A model generated the notes under the pieces. The model worked only from the letters and a program-made list of their open reading frames with translations. It had not been told where the DNA came from and did no database searches. Position numbers and translations under genes: made by a program. Positions 1 to 9,944 of a stretch of 37,476 nt of DNA are shown here, piece by piece. The stretch's first letter is position 1. The number at the start of each line of letters is the position of its first letter. Source of the DNA: Candidatus Eiseniibacteriota bacterium (GTDB lineage Bacteria > Orphanbacterota > Orphanbacteria > Orphanbacterales > Orphanbacteraceae); contig JBDROZ010000117.1 in NCBI GenBank assembly GCA_043809585.1, positions 1 through 37,476 of the forward strand, written 5' to 3'.

Positions 1-134
1 TGCGATCGAACTCAGTCGCCGGGCACGCTCTTCCACGCAAAAGATCCAAGGGGATCAGGGACTCCTCCGTTCCTTCTTGCATCGAACCGGACTCTTTTTT
101 TCCTCTCAATAGGACTTTATTTATGCGTTACTCA

Positions 135-242
135 CTAGTGACGATCGCAGAAGTAATGCCCCCTCGGCCTGGCCTTCTGAGCCGCACGGAGGCGGCCTTC
201 CGCGTCCTGTGGGTGGGACATTAGAAATGCGATCGTCACTAG
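135..242. mobile_element. MITE-like element A (TG...CA, 139-238, bounded by CTAG)
   Basis: Perfect 17-bp inverted repeat CACTAGTGACGATCGCA (133-149) / TGCGATCGTCACTAGTG (228-244), with CTAG at 135-138 and 239-242. No coding capacity. Confidence 0.6.
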
Positions 243-405
243 TGTCCCGAATTAGAAGTTCGTCAACAGTTTCGCCGCCCCTCACGGTCCCTGGCTTCGT
301 TGCTCTTCCTCGATGTACCTATTGGTACGCCGTCGTCATCGCACCTCGCCAGGAATCGCGATGATCTGCCGAAATCGACAACGAACTTCTAATTCGGAAC
401 ACTAG
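239..405. mobile_element. MITE-like element B (TG...CA, 243-401, bounded by CTAG)
   Basis: 25-bp inverted repeat with 24/25 match: CTAGTGTCCCGAATTAGAAGTTCGT (239-263) / ACGAACTTCTAATTCGGAACACTAG (381-405). The right CTAG contains the rel stop codon. Confidence 0.65.
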
Positions 406-2549
406 ATGAGGTCGCGGCGTTCCACGTCCTTCACGCCCCGCACGCCCCTCATGGCCTTCATCACCTTGTGGAGATGCTTCAGGTCCGTCACCTCGAGGAG
501 GAAGACCCCTTGGGCGTCCTTCTCCTCGGAAAGCATGTCCGCGCTCCGGATGTTCGTATCGGTCTTGCCGATCGCCCGGGCTAGATCCGCGAGGAGTCCG
601 GTCCGGTCCTCGGCGATCACCACGACCTTGACCGGGAATGACTGGCTGTCGGCGACCGCCCATTCCACCTGCACGACTCTCTCCGGATCGACCCGGTCGG
701 GGAAGGCGTTCGGACAGTCGATCCGGTGAACCGACACGCCCCGGCCCCGCGTCACGAGCCCGACGATCTTGTCCCCCGGCAGGGGCTGGCAGCACTGGGC
801 GAACCGAACCATGATCTGGTCCACCCCTTGGATCCTCACCCCCCGTTCGGAACGGCGTGTGAGGTCCATGATGCGTTCGAGAGAGAGTTTTTCGTGGGGC
901 TGGGGTTCGGGTTCCTTCTCGTCCACCAGCTTCGCCGCGACCTGCTTCGCCGAGAGGTCCCCCTGTCCGATGGCCGCGAGAACCTGGTCCGTGTCGTGGA
1001 GCCCGAAGGTCTCCTCCGATTCCTCCAGCCTCTTCTCGGCCCCGGTCCGGTCATGTTTTCGTCGGAGTTCCCGCTCGAGCATCTCCTTCCCGAGATGCCG
1101 GGACTGTTCGAAGCTCTCCTTCTTCAGCCAGTTCCGGATCTTGCTCCTGGCCCTCGAGGTCCGCGCGATGTGGAGCCAGTCCTGGGTCGGCGAAGCCGCC
1201 TGTGAGGTGATGATCACCACGGTCTCGCCGTTCTGCAGCTCGTAGCGGAGGGGCACGATCCGGTTGTTCACTTTGGCGCCGACACAGCGGTAACCCACTT
1301 CGGTGTGAACGGCGAACGCGAAATCGAGAGGGGTCGCCCCTTTCGGAAGGCGCTTCAGATCTCCCTTCGGCGTGAAGACGAACACCTCGTGCTGGAAGAG
1401 GTCGATCTTGAGGAGTTCCATGAACTCCCTAGGATCGGTCAGGTCTTTCTGCCAGTCGAGAACCTGCTGAAGCCAATTCATGCCCCCGCCGAGGTCCGCG
1501 CCCGCTGCGGCCCCTTCCTTGTATTTCCAGTGGGCCGCGATCCCGAACTCGGCGGTCTGATGCATCAGCCGGGTGCGAATCTGGACCTCCACCATCTTGC
1601 CCCGGGGACCGACGACGGTGGTGTGCAGGGACTGATACATGTTGGTCTTGGGCGTGGCGATGTAATCTTTGAACCGGTCGTGCACGGGCATGAAGAGGGT
1701 GTGGATGATGCCGAGCACGTGATAGCAGTCCTTCACGCTGTTCGTCACGACCCGGACCGCCAAGAGGTCGTAAATCTCCTCGATGGGACGGCCCCGGGAC
1801 TTCATCTTGTTGTAGATGCTGTGGAAGTGCTTCGCCCGGCCGGTGATCTCGGCGCTGACGTCGTTCTCCCTCAGCTTCTCCACGAGCGGCGTCTTGAACT
1901 CCTCGATGATCTTCTCCCGGTCTTCCCGGCGCTCCCGGATCTTCGTCACCAGGTCCTGGTACGCCTCGGGTTCGAGATGCTTGAACGACAGGTCTTCGAG
2001 CTCCCACTTGATGCGGGCGATTCCGAACCGGTGGGCGAGGGGGGCGTAGATCTCCAGGGTCTCCCGGGCGATCCTCTGGATCTTGTCGGGCGGGAGGAAC
2101 TCGAGGGTCCGCATGTTGTGGAGGCGGTCGGCGAGCTTGATCAGGACGACCCGGATGTCCTTCGCCAGGGAGAGGAGCATCTTACGGAAGTTCTCGGCCT
2201 GCTGCTTCTCGGGGGACTCGAAACGGATGGTCCCGATCTTGGTCACGGCGTCGACGAGGTGGGCGATCTCTTCGCCGAAGTGCTCTTCCAGCGTCTCCAC
2301 GCTCACGTCCGAGTCCTCGACCACGTCGTGGAGCAGCCCGGCGGCGATGGTGACGGAATCGAGCTTCAGCTCGTCGAGGATCCGGGCCACCTCGACCACG
2401 TGGAGGTGAAAGGGCTCCCCGGACTTCCTCTTCTGGTCTTCGTGCTGTTTGCGGGCGAACCGGAAGGCGCGGCCGAGCAGACCTCGGTCGAGGTCCTCCC
2501 GGGAGAGGAAGGAGATCGCGCCATCCAAGGACTCCCGCTCATCCGTCAA
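402..2549 (-). CDS. rel: Bifunctional (p)ppGpp synthetase/hydrolase (long RSH, Rel/SpoT)
   Basis: HD hydrolase motif (LLHDVVED, KLADRLHNMRTL), synthetase motifs (GRAKH, YQSLHT, EVQIRT), TGS (FTPKG...DFAFAVHT), CC zinc region and ACT domain. Start uncertain: TTG at 2549 overlaps the recJ stop (TTGA); ATG at 2612 has a GGAGGAG RBS. Confidence 0.95.
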   Translation of the reverse strand: MTDERESLDGAISFLSREDLDRGLLGRAFRFARKQHEDQKRKSGEPFHLHVVEVARILDELKLDSVTIAAGLLHDVVEDSDVSVETLEEHFGEEIAHLVDAVTKIGTIRFESPEKQQAENFRKMLLSLAKDIRVVLIKLADRLHNMRTLEFLPPDKIQRIARETLEIYAPLAHRFGIARIKWELEDLSFKHLEPEAYQDLVTKIRERREDREKIIEEFKTPLVEKLRENDVSAEITGRAKHFHSIYNKMKSRGRPIEEIYDLLAVRVVTNSVKDCYHVLGIIHTLFMPVHDRFKDYIATPKTNMYQSLHTTVVGPRGKMVEVQIRTRLMHQTAEFGIAAHWKYKEGAAAGADLGGGMNWLQQVLDWQKDLTDPREFMELLKIDLFQHEVFVFTPKGDLKRLPKGATPLDFAFAVHTEVGYRCVGAKVNNRIVPLRYELQNGETVVIITSQAASPTQDWLHIARTSRARSKIRNWLKKESFEQSRHLGKEMLERELRRKHDRTGAEKRLEESEETFGLHDTDQVLAAIGQGDLSAKQVAAKLVDEKEPEPQPHEKLSLERIMDLTRRSERGVRIQGVDQIMVRFAQCCQPLPGDKIVGLVTRGRGVSVHRIDCPNAFPDRVDPERVVQVEWAVADSQSFPVKVVVIAEDRTGLLADLARAIGKTDTNIRSADMLSEEKDAQGVFLLEVTDLKHLHKVMKAMRGVRGVKDVERRDLI

Positions 2550-4246
2550 GGGCCGGTCGTCGCGAGACGCATCCCCTTCACGTTCAGACGGAGTCGGCTC
2601 TCCCCGCCCCATGTGTTCTCCTCCAGAGAGTAGGCCACATCGATCCGGTCCCACCGGCCCCACTCCCCCGCCTTCTCGTGACCCGCCCGAAAGGCGATCG
2701 CGTCGATCGACCGTCCGTTCCGGCCAACCCGGAACTTCAGGTGGTTCTTGCCCACAGGCCGTAATCCCCCGACGGTCCTCAGCAACTTCGAAACGAGGAT
2801 CGGCCTCTGGTTCCCCGGCCCGAAGGGCTCGAGCCGGTCGAGGGTTTCCAGAAGGTTCCGATCGCACGCCTCGAAGGGAACGTCACCGTCCACGGTGAGG
2901 CTTCCCGGAAGGGTGACATTCTCCCGCTCTTCCTCGAAGAGGGCCCGGAACCGTTCGCGGAAAAGGGGGATCTTCTTCTCCTCGATGGTCAGGCCCGCCG
3001 CGAGGGCGTGTCCCCCGTGGCGGAGAAGCAGATCGGAACACGCCTCGAAGGCCTCGTGCAGCGCGAAGCCGGAAACGCCCCGGGCCGATCCCCGCCCGAC
3101 CCCGTTCTCCACGGAGATGAGCACCGCCGGGGTCCCGGTCCTCTCCTTGACCCGGGACGCGACGATCCCGATCACGCCGGGATGCCAGTCCCGGGAGGCG
3201 AGGACCACCGCCCCCCTCTCCTCATCGAGGGCGCCGAGGGCTTCTTCCAGGATTCTCTCGTCGAGGGCCTTCCGTTCCTGGTTGATCCGGTCGAGCAGGG
3301 TGGAGAGTTCCACGGCCCTGCCGTCCGATTCGGTCGTCATCAGCTCGAACGCCGGGTCCGCGTCCCCGAGGCGCCCCGCCGCGTTGATGCGGGGCCCGAT
3401 GCCGAAGGCGACCGAATCGTAGTCGAGTCTCTTCTTCCCGAAGCCGGCCACCTCGAGCAGACGGCGGAGCCCGATCTTGTTCGACTCGGCGAGACGGGTG
3501 AGCCCCGCCCGGACGAGGACCCGGTTCTCGCCCACAAGAGGCGCCACGTCGCCGATCGTGCCGACCGCGACAAGGTCGAGATCGAGCAGGAGGTCCTCTC
3601 TCTCCCCGTGTCCGGCCGCGGATAGGGCGTCGGCGAGCTTGAAGGCGAGGCCCACACCCGCGAGGTCATCGAAGGGGTAGGGGCAATCGGACCGTTTCGG
3701 ATTGACCACGGCCGTCGCGACCGGCAGGGTGTCCTTTGGCTGGTGGTGATCGGTGACGATCACGTCCATGCCCCGGGAAACGGCGAAGGCCACCGACTCG
3801 TGGGCCGTGATCCCGCAGTCGATCGTGACGAGAAGTCTCACCCCTTCCGCCGCGAGATCTTCGATCGCTTCCCGGGAGAGGTCGTAGCCTTCGCTGAGCC
3901 TCCGGGGGAGCCGCCAGGAGACGTCCCGCCCGAGCCGCCGGAAGAACCGGTAGAGAAGGGCCGCCCCGCTCACGCCGTCCACGTCGAAATCGCCGAAGAG
4001 GCCGATCCGTTCCCCCTTTTTCAAGGCGGCGCCGATCCGTTCGACCGCCCGCTCCATGTCGGAGAGCCGGTAGGGGTCGTTCATGTGGGAGATCGAAGGC
4101 CGGAGGAAGCGATCCCCCTCCTCGGACGTGCGGATCCCCCGGGACCAGAGGAGCCGGGCGACCAGGGGGGGCAGGCCCAGGGCCTCCCCGAGGCCCCTCT
4201 CCTCGTCCGCCGAAGGCCCTTCGCGATACGTCCAGCCCGGATTCAT
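2546..4246 (-). CDS. recJ: Single-stranded-DNA-specific exonuclease RecJ
   Basis: GDFDVDG, TIDCG, TDHH, PRINAAGR, GRGSAR, HGGHALAAG and LEPFGPGN motifs. Start set at ATG 4246, since the longer ORF runs into rnpB. Confidence 0.95.
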   Translation of the reverse strand: MNPGWTYREGPSADEERGLGEALGLPPLVARLLWSRGIRTSEEGDRFLRPSISHMNDPYRLSDMERAVERIGAALKKGERIGLFGDFDVDGVSGAALLYRFFRRLGRDVSWRLPRRLSEGYDLSREAIEDLAAEGVRLLVTIDCGITAHESVAFAVSRGMDVIVTDHHQPKDTLPVATAVVNPKRSDCPYPFDDLAGVGLAFKLADALSAAGHGEREDLLLDLDLVAVGTIGDVAPLVGENRVLVRAGLTRLAESNKIGLRRLLEVAGFGKKRLDYDSVAFGIGPRINAAGRLGDADPAFELMTTESDGRAVELSTLLDRINQERKALDERILEEALGALDEERGAVVLASRDWHPGVIGIVASRVKERTGTPAVLISVENGVGRGSARGVSGFALHEAFEACSDLLLRHGGHALAAGLTIEEKKIPLFRERFRALFEEERENVTLPGSLTVDGDVPFEACDRNLLETLDRLEPFGPGNQRPILVSKLLRTVGGLRPVGKNHLKFRVGRNGRSIDAIAFRAGHEKAGEWGRWDRIDVAYSLEENTWGGESRLRLNVKGMRLATTGP

Positions 4247-4283
4247 GGTTCGAAGCCCTTTCGAGGTTTCGGAGAAATCGAAG

Positions 4284-4659
4284 GCGGGAGCGGGTCGTAA
4301 GCCGGGTTCTGTTCGGTCCGGCATGCGGACCGGACGGTCATTTCTCTAGGCCCCGGGTTACCCCGGGGCTCGAGCGGCCAACCCGAGGATCAAACGAAGC
4401 GGACCGCTTCTCTCCTTCTATTTGGCCTTGCTCCGGATGGGGTTTGCCGAGCCGCCTCCGTCACCGGAGGCGCTGGTGAGCTCTTACCTCACCGTTTCAC
4501 CCTTGCCGGGACCGAAGCCCCGGCGGTCTGCTTTCTGTGGCACTTTCCTTTAGGATCGCTCCCACTGGGCGTTACCCAGCATCCTGCCCTGTGGAGCCCG
4601 GACTTTCCTCGTGCGCGACCCTGTCGGGGCCGGCACGCGACCGTCTCTCCCGCTCCCGC
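4284..4659 (-). ncRNA. rnpB: RNase P RNA, bacterial type A
   Basis: Conserved GAGGAAAGTCCGGGCTCC, GGAAAGTGCCACAGAAA, GGGTGAAACGGTGAGGTAAGAGC, GGCAAACCCC...GAGCAAGGCCAAATAG and ACAGAACCCGGCTTAC; P1 helix GCGGGAGCGGG/CCCGCTCCCGC. Confidence 0.97.
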
Positions 4660-4679
4660 GAGACGTCCATGTTTTCTAT

Positions 4680-4688
4680 AGTGTAACA
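4680..4688 (-). promoter_or_regulatory. Extended -10 promoter candidate for rnpB
   Basis: TGtTACACT about 20 nt upstream of the rnpB 5' end, in an AT-rich patch. Confidence 0.5.
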
Positions 4689-4689
4689 C

Positions 4690-5250
4690 CTACACGCCGC
4701 CGCCGCCCGTCTTCCCTTTCTTGATCGCCTCTTGAACCAAGCCGTCGGCGACCCCGTTCTTCTCCCGGGGAATGTGGAGGATCCGGACCTTCTCGAAAAG
4801 GGCGAGGCGGCGGCGGACCTCCTCGAAGAGGGGGGCGAGGGCTGGGCTTTTCACTTTGTAGCGGCCCTCGATCTGCCGGACGATGAGTTCGCTGTCGAGG
4901 AAGATCTCTACCTCTCCCGGCTTCAGAAGGGCAAGACGCTCCAGCCCCGCCAGCAGCGCCTTGTACTCGGCGGTATTGTTCGTTCCGTCCCCGAAGTAGA
5001 GGCTGTACCTGTCGAGTTCCGTCCCCCCCACGTCGAGGATCACGCCCCCGCCGCCGGAGGGACCTGGATTTCCATGGGAACCGCCGTCGCTGAAGAGGCG
5101 GAGAAGACCCTTGCCCGGCACCTTCCGCTCGATCCACCCGCGCATGGCCTCCACGGCGGTCGCGGGGTGTTCGCCCCCGAGCGACTCCCAGAGGGGGTCG
5201 TCCAGGAGGCGCCGCGCCACTTTCCCCACGGCGGCGGGATCCGGTTTCAC
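4690..5250 (-). CDS. rnhA: Ribonuclease HI family protein (archaeal/actinobacterial-like)
   Basis: FSDGGSHGNPGPSG, TNNTAEY, FLDSELIVRQ, HIPREKNGVAD. GTG start overlaps the upstream stop (GTGA). Confidence 0.88.
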   Translation of the reverse strand: MKPDPAAVGKVARRLLDDPLWESLGGEHPATAVEAMRGWIERKVPGKGLLRLFSDGGSHGNPGPSGGGGVILDVGGTELDRYSLYFGDGTNNTAEYKALLAGLERLALLKPGEVEIFLDSELIVRQIEGRYKVKSPALAPLFEEVRRRLALFEKVRILHIPREKNGVADGLVQEAIKKGKTGGGGV

Positions 5251-5951
5251 TCCACCCACACCAGGATCCTGCCGCACCCCTCGCAGGGGATCACTCTGTT
5301 CGATTTCTTCACCTCGATGATCCGCTGGGGCGGGACGCTCCGGAAGCAGATTTCGCAGGCGTCCCGTTCGATCTTGGCGAGGGCGACCCCCCCCTTCCCG
5401 GCCCGGATCGTGTCGTAGCGCGCGAGAATCGACCGGTCGATCCCGCGGGCGGCCTCCTCCCGCTCCGCCCGGGCCTTCTCGACCAGATCGCCGATCTCCT
5501 CCCCCTCCACCTTCGCCCTCCTCTCCGCTTTCCTCACTTCCTCCTCCGCCACCCCGACCTTCTTCGCGGCCTCCTCCTTTGCCGCGCGAAGATCGTCGAT
5601 CCGTTCCATCTCGGTGAGGACCTTCGTCTCCAGTTCCGAGTTCAGCCCGCCGAGCCCCTCGATCTCGGACCGAAGGGCGGTGTATTCCTTGTTGTTCTTC
5701 ACTTCGAAGAGTTGCCGGTTGTACTTGCGGATCTGTTCGGTGTTCTTCTCGAGTTCTCCCTCGGTCGCCTTCTGGGCGAGAATCGCCTTCTCGACCTCCC
5801 CCTTCACCGCCCCGAGTTCCGCCTCCCGCTCCGCGAGGGCTTCCTTCGCCTCCCGGAGATGCTCCGGCAACTCCGCCAGGTCCTTCTCGAGCTCGCGGAG
5901 GCGGCGGTCGACGGCTTGGAGCCGGAGGAGCTTTCCAATCTGTTCCTTCAT
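5247..5951 (-). CDS. Coiled-coil protein with C4 zinc ribbon (DUF164/zf-RING_7 family)
   Basis: LLRLQAVD...NKEYTAL coiled coil, with C-terminal CEIC...CEGCGRIL. Usual neighbour of RNase HI and rnpB. Confidence 0.88.
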   Translation of the reverse strand: MKEQIGKLLRLQAVDRRLRELEKDLAELPEHLREAKEALAEREAELGAVKGEVEKAILAQKATEGELEKNTEQIRKYNRQLFEVKNNKEYTALRSEIEGLGGLNSELETKVLTEMERIDDLRAAKEEAAKKVGVAEEEVRKAERRAKVEGEEIGDLVEKARAEREEAARGIDRSILARYDTIRAGKGGVALAKIERDACEICFRSVPPQRIIEVKKSNRVIPCEGCGRILVWVE

Positions 5952-5980
5952 CGGCCGTTTCCCGTTCCCTTTCCCCGGAC

Positions 5981-6016
5981 AAAAAGAAAACCCCCTCCGA
6001 AGCGCTCGGAGGGGGT
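5981..6016 (-). terminator. Rho-independent terminator after the rpoD-tRNA region
   Basis: Hairpin ACCCCCTCCGA-gcgct-TCGGAGGGGGT followed by TTTCTTTTT on the minus strand. Confidence 0.75.
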
Positions 6017-6152
6017 CAAGGGCCGGGCACCCCATGCCGGAGGGGCGACCGATCCTCGTGCCTGGGGGAGGATCGCGCATGTCCGCGCGCCTCCCCCCGG
6101 ACGGGGGAGCCATCGAACGACTCCCTCGCTCATGCGGGTTCCGCGCGTGCAA

Positions 6153-6229
6153 TGGTGGGCGATACTGGATTTGAACCAGTGACCTCCCGCGTGTGAGGCG
6201 GGCGCTCTAAACCGCTGAGCTAATCGCCC
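6153..6229 (-). tRNA. tRNA-Val(CAC)
   Basis: Cloverleaf GGGCGATTAGCTCAG...CCCGC-CT-CAC-AC-GCGGG...GGTTCAAATCC...ATCGCCCA-CCA. Confidence 0.95.
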
Positions 6230-6285
6230 GAAACCGGCAGCCATGAGACCTCGGGGCTCTCCGGCTCGCCGCTGGGCGGGCGGGA

Positions 6286-6359
6286 TGGGCCCACTAGGGC
6301 TCGAACCTAGGACCTGCTGATTATGAGTCAGTTGCTCTAACCCGCTGAGCTATGGGCCC
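6286..6359 (-). tRNA. tRNA with CAT anticodon, probably tRNA-Ile2 (lysidine); CCA not encoded
   Basis: GGGCCCATAGCTCAG...CTGA-CT-CAT-AA-TCAG...GGTTCGAGCCC...TGGGCCCA. Ile2-type acceptor stem; sits right after rpoD, like E. coli ileX. Confidence 0.9.
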
Positions 6360-6392
6360 ACCGCTCGGCCCGTGATCAACTCGCCGCCTCCG

Positions 6393-8141
6393 CTAGGGGA
6401 GCTCGACGTAACCCTTCAGCTTGCGGCTCCGGCTCGGATGCCGGAGCTTCCGAAGCGCCTTGGCCTCGATCTGCCTCACCCGCTCCCGGGTGACGTTGAA
6501 GATGCTCCCCACTTCCTCGAGCGTACGGGGGCACCCGTCGCCCAACCCGAACCGGAGACGGACCACTTTCTCTTCCCGCTTCGTGAGCGTGCTCAGCACG
6601 TGCCCCATCTGCTCCTGGAGCATCACGAAGGCGGCGGAGTGGGCGGGCGAGACGACCTTGGTGTCTTCGATGAAGTCGCCGAGGTTCGAGTCCTCGTCCT
6701 CCCCGATCGGGCGATCGAGGGAAATCGGCTCCTGAGCCGCCTTCAGCACCGACTTGATCTTGTCCACGGGGAGATCGAGCTTGGCCGCGATCTCCTCGGG
6801 CAGAGGCTCCCGGCCGTACTCCTGGACAAGGCGCCGGGAAGTGCGGATCACCTTGTTGATCGCCTCGATCATGTGCACCGGTACGCGTATGGTCCGGGCC
6901 TGATCGGCGATGGCCCGCGTGATGGCCTGACGAATCCACCAAGTCGCGTAAGTGCTGAACTTGTACCCTTTTCGGTAATCGAATTTGTCAACGGCCCTCA
7001 TTAGACCACTGTTACCTTCTTGGATCAAGTCCAAAAACTCGAGGCCCCGGTTCGTGTATCGCTTGGCGATGGAGATGACGAGCCGAACGTTCGCTTCGAT
7101 CATCTCCCGCTTCGCTTCGTTGGTGATCCGCTCTCCTTCGTCGATCCGCCCGATGAGTTCGAGAAGCAGGTCGCGAGAGGCCCGGCATTCCTTCTCCACC
7201 TCCCGGATCTCCTTCTGGGCCGCCCGCACGACCGCGGACGCCTCGGCGAGCTCTTCCGGAGAGGCGGACGTCACCTTCGCCACGTCGCGCAGTTCTTTCT
7301 TCCCCTTCTTCGCGCTGCGGGAGAGCACCTGGATCTTGGTCGCGGGCTGTCCGATCCGCTCCACCCACGCCTGGATTTCCCGCTCCGCCCGGCGCACCCG
7401 CCGGGCCTGGTGGCGGACGACGCCGACCATCTCCTCCACCTGCTTCGCGTGGAGGGTGATCCTCTCGAGTTCCGCCTCCCTCTTCTTCCGGGTCGCCTGC
7501 CACTCCTTCGCCTTCTTCTTTTCCTTCGGCTCCTCGTTCCACCGCTTGTCTTCGAGCTTCTCGATCTTCTCGGTCAGTTTGACGATCTTGCCCACCGTCC
7601 GGACCGCTTTTTTTCGCTCCTGGGAGGTCGGGGGATAGGGTCCGGCGCTGTTCCCCGACTCGATTACGAGATAGTCGTCGGAACGGGTCTTCAGGTCGGA
7701 GAGCTTCGCGTAGATCTCCGCGAGAAGGCGGTACGTCGAGGGGGATTGGAAGAGGGTCTGGTTGACGATGATCTGTCCCTCTTCGATCCGCTTGGCGATC
7801 GCCACCTCCCCTTCCCGGTCGAGAAGGGGAACGCGGCCCATCTCCCGGAGATACATGCGAACGGGATCGTCGTATCGGATCGTGCTCGCCGGCTGGCTCG
7901 GTTCCTTTTGCTGTTTCGCCTTCAGCTTCTGCTGAGCCGCACGCCGGCGCTGCCCCTCTTCGACCGTGTCCACGACGTCGATCTTCATCTCGCCGAAAGA
8001 GGCGTAAAGATCGTCCATGTCCTCCAAAGAGGCGTCCTCGTCCAGGAAGTCGTTCACCTGATCGTGGGTGATGTACCCCTGTCGGAGGCCGAGCTCCTTC
8101 AACTGGGCAAGCTTACCTTCGGAGGTCTTCTTCTTCCCCAT
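6393..8141 (-). CDS. rpoD: RNA polymerase primary sigma factor RpoD (sigma70)
   Basis: Region 1.1, [54 protein letters not shown]...TRERVRQIE. Confidence 0.98.
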   Translation of the reverse strand: MGKKKTSEGKLAQLKELGLRQGYITHDQVNDFLDEDASLEDMDDLYASFGEMKIDVVDTVEEGQRRRAAQQKLKAKQQKEPSQPASTIRYDDPVRMYLREMGRVPLLDREGEVAIAKRIEEGQIIVNQTLFQSPSTYRLLAEIYAKLSDLKTRSDDYLVIESGNSAGPYPPTSQERKKAVRTVGKIVKLTEKIEKLEDKRWNEEPKEKKKAKEWQATRKKREAELERITLHAKQVEEMVGVVRHQARRVRRAEREIQAWVERIGQPATKIQVLSRSAKKGKKELRDVAKVTSASPEELAEASAVVRAAQKEIREVEKECRASRDLLLELIGRIDEGERITNEAKREMIEANVRLVISIAKRYTNRGLEFLDLIQEGNSGLMRAVDKFDYRKGYKFSTYATWWIRQAITRAIADQARTIRVPVHMIEAINKVIRTSRRLVQEYGREPLPEEIAAKLDLPVDKIKSVLKAAQEPISLDRPIGEDEDSNLGDFIEDTKVVSPAHSAAFVMLQEQMGHVLSTLTKREEKVVRLRFGLGDGCPRTLEEVGSIFNVTRERVRQIEAKALRKLRHPSRSRKLKGYVELP

Positions 8142-9943
8142 TACGACGATTCACTCCTTTCGGGAGAACGGGTCTCCGCGCCCGATCCATCCCCCCGCAG
8201 GGCGGCCACGATGCGATGCCTCTGCTTCGCCAGGCCGCTCCGCTCTTGGAGGAGGCGGTGACACGCGTCCGAGTCGTTTCGAGATTCCGCTTCTTTCAAT
8301 GCCTCGTCGGTCCGACAGAGCTGCCGGCTGATTTCCTCTTCGCGCACGCAGGCGATGTAATCTTGAAGCGTGGGCAACGGGTCCCCTTCCGGGTCCGACT
8401 CGATGCGGATCCGGGAGAACTCGTGGTCCACGCCCGCGGCGGTGAGAAGGCCCGGACCGGGGTCGTCCCCCTTCGCCGCGCAATCGACCAGCGCTTGGAG
8501 CAGTTTCCGGGCCGGGAGATCCTCCACCTTGTCCGGATCCACCGCGCGCTGGATGACGGGCAGAAGATCGGGATGTTCCCATGCGATGTAAGCGATTCCC
8601 CTCTCGGCGTCAAGCAGGCGCTTCCGCGTGCGCGGAGAGAGCCGGACGGCGGCCGGCCCCGGCGCGTCCTCTTCCCGCTTCCTCCGGCCCACCTCCCGGA
8701 GGATCACCTCCTCGGGCACGCCCGTCCTGTCCGCCGCCTCCTGAACGAGAAGGGAGAGACGGATCTCGTCGCGCACCGCGGCGAGCACGCCGACGAGGGC
8801 CCTGATCCCCGCCTCCTTTTCCCCTCCGTGGGCCCGGTCGAGGATGAACGGCACGAGACCGACCGCCCCCTCCAGGCGTTTCGCGAGCGCCTCGGGCCCC
8901 TCGGCGCGGATCACCTCGTCCGGATCGCTTCCGGCGGGAAGGTCGACCACCCGCGGATCGAGTCCGGCGCCGAGGAGGGTCTCGAAGGAACGGAGCGTCG
9001 CCCGGAGTCCCGCCTCGTCCCCGTCGAAGAGGACGAGGGCCCGCTCGGCGTAGTTACCGACGAGACGGGCCTGGCCCGGAGTGAACGCCGTCCCGAGAGG
9101 GGCGACCACGTTCCGGAAGCCGGCCTGCCAGAGGGCGAGAAGGTCCGTGTAGCCCTCCACCAAGATCGCGGTCCCCTCGCTCCGGATCTCTCCCTTCGTC
9201 TCCGAGAGTCCGTAGAGGGCTTCCCCCTTGCGGAAGAGGTCGGTCTCCGGCGAGTTGAGGTATTTCGGCTCTCCCTCGCCGAGGATCCTCCCGCCGAATC
9301 CGATGGTGCGCCCGCCGACGTTCCGGATCGGGAAGAGAAGCCTCCCCCGGAACCGGTCGTAGGGGGCGCCTCCCTCTTTCCGTATCGCGAGACCGGTCTC
9401 GACGAGTTCGTCGTCACGGTACCCCTCTTCCCGCGCCCGGTCCCGGAGGACCCTCCACTCGTCGGGGGCGAACCCGAGGCCGAACCGCTCCGACGTTTCC
9501 GCCGCGATTCTCCGGTCGTCGAGAAACCTCCTGGCGGTCTCCGCCCTCTTCGAGCCGATCGCCCCCCGGTAGAACCGCTCCGCGAGCTCGAGGAGACCGT
9601 AGAGTCGGTCCCTCTTCTCCCGGGCCCGTCCGTCCCCCCGCTCGGGGAGCCGGATGCCGGCCCGCTGGGCGAGGGTGCGGAGCGCCTCGCCGAAGCCGAC
9701 CCCCTCCGTCTCCATGACGAAGGTGAAAACGTCCCCCCCCTTGCCGCAGCCGAAGCAGTGAAAGGTCTCCCGGTCAGGGCTCACGATGAAGGAGGGGGTC
9801 TTCTCCTTGTGGAAGGGGCAAAGGCCCTTGAAGTTCCGGCCCGCCTTCCGAAGACGGACGTACGCGCCCACGACGCCGACGATGTCGCTCGCCGCGCGCA
9901 CTTCCTCGATCGCGCCTTCTCCGCCCGCGCTCCGCTCGTCCAC
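8141..9943 (-). CDS. dnaG: DNA primase
   Basis: [11 protein letters not shown]...CFGC zinc finger, [36 protein letters not shown]. Stop overlaps the rpoD start (TAATG). Confidence 0.97.
   Translation of the reverse strand: MDERSAGGEGAIEEVRAASDIVGVVGAYVRLRKAGRNFKGLCPFHKEKTPSFIVSPDRETFHCFGCGKGGDVFTFVMETEGVGFGEALRTLAQRAGIRLPERGDGRAREKRDRLYGLLELAERFYRGAIGSKRAETARRFLDDRRIAAETSERFGLGFAPDEWRVLRDRAREEGYRDDELVETGLAIRKEGGAPYDRFRGRLLFPIRNVGGRTIGFGGRILGEGEPKYLNSPETDLFRKGEALYGLSETKGEIRSEGTAILVEGYTDLLALWQAGFRNVVAPLGTAFTPGQARLVGNYAERALVLFDGDEAGLRATLRSFETLLGAGLDPRVVDLPAGSDPDEVIRAEGPEALAKRLEGAVGLVPFILDRAHGGEKEAGIRALVGVLAAVRDEIRLSLLVQEAADRTGVPEEVILREVGRRKREEDAPGPAAVRLSPRTRKRLLDAERGIAYIAWEHPDLLPVIQRAVDPDKVEDLPARKLLQALVDCAAKGDDPGPGLLTAAGVDHEFSRIRIESDPEGDPLPTLQDYIACVREEEISRQLCRTDEALKEAESRNDSDACHRLLQERSGLAKQRHRIVAALRGDGSGAETRSPERSESS
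8585..8613 (-). promoter_or_regulatory. Possible rpoD promoter inside dnaG
   Basis: TTGACG-N17-TACATC in a locally AT-richer stretch. Promoters for rpoD inside dnaG are known in E. coli. The -10 is imperfect. Confidence 0.3.
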
Positions 9944-9944
9944 C

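Noticed and set aside
1..82. Possible minus-strand gene start at ATG 82 running off the window
   Set aside because: Only 27 codons are visible, with no close RBS or recognisable motif.
4489..4689. 66-aa ORF, and the recJ extension to 4324
   Set aside because: Both overlap the RNase P RNA gene.
4690..5982. 430-aa ORF as one long RNase H protein
   Set aside because: The N-terminal part is an alternative frame of the zinc-ribbon gene; the real gene starts at GTG 5250.
6957..6983. ECF/sigmaE-like GAACTT-N16-TCGAA antisense to rpoD
   Set aside because: Largely forced by the conserved FDYRKGYKF peptide with ordinary codons.
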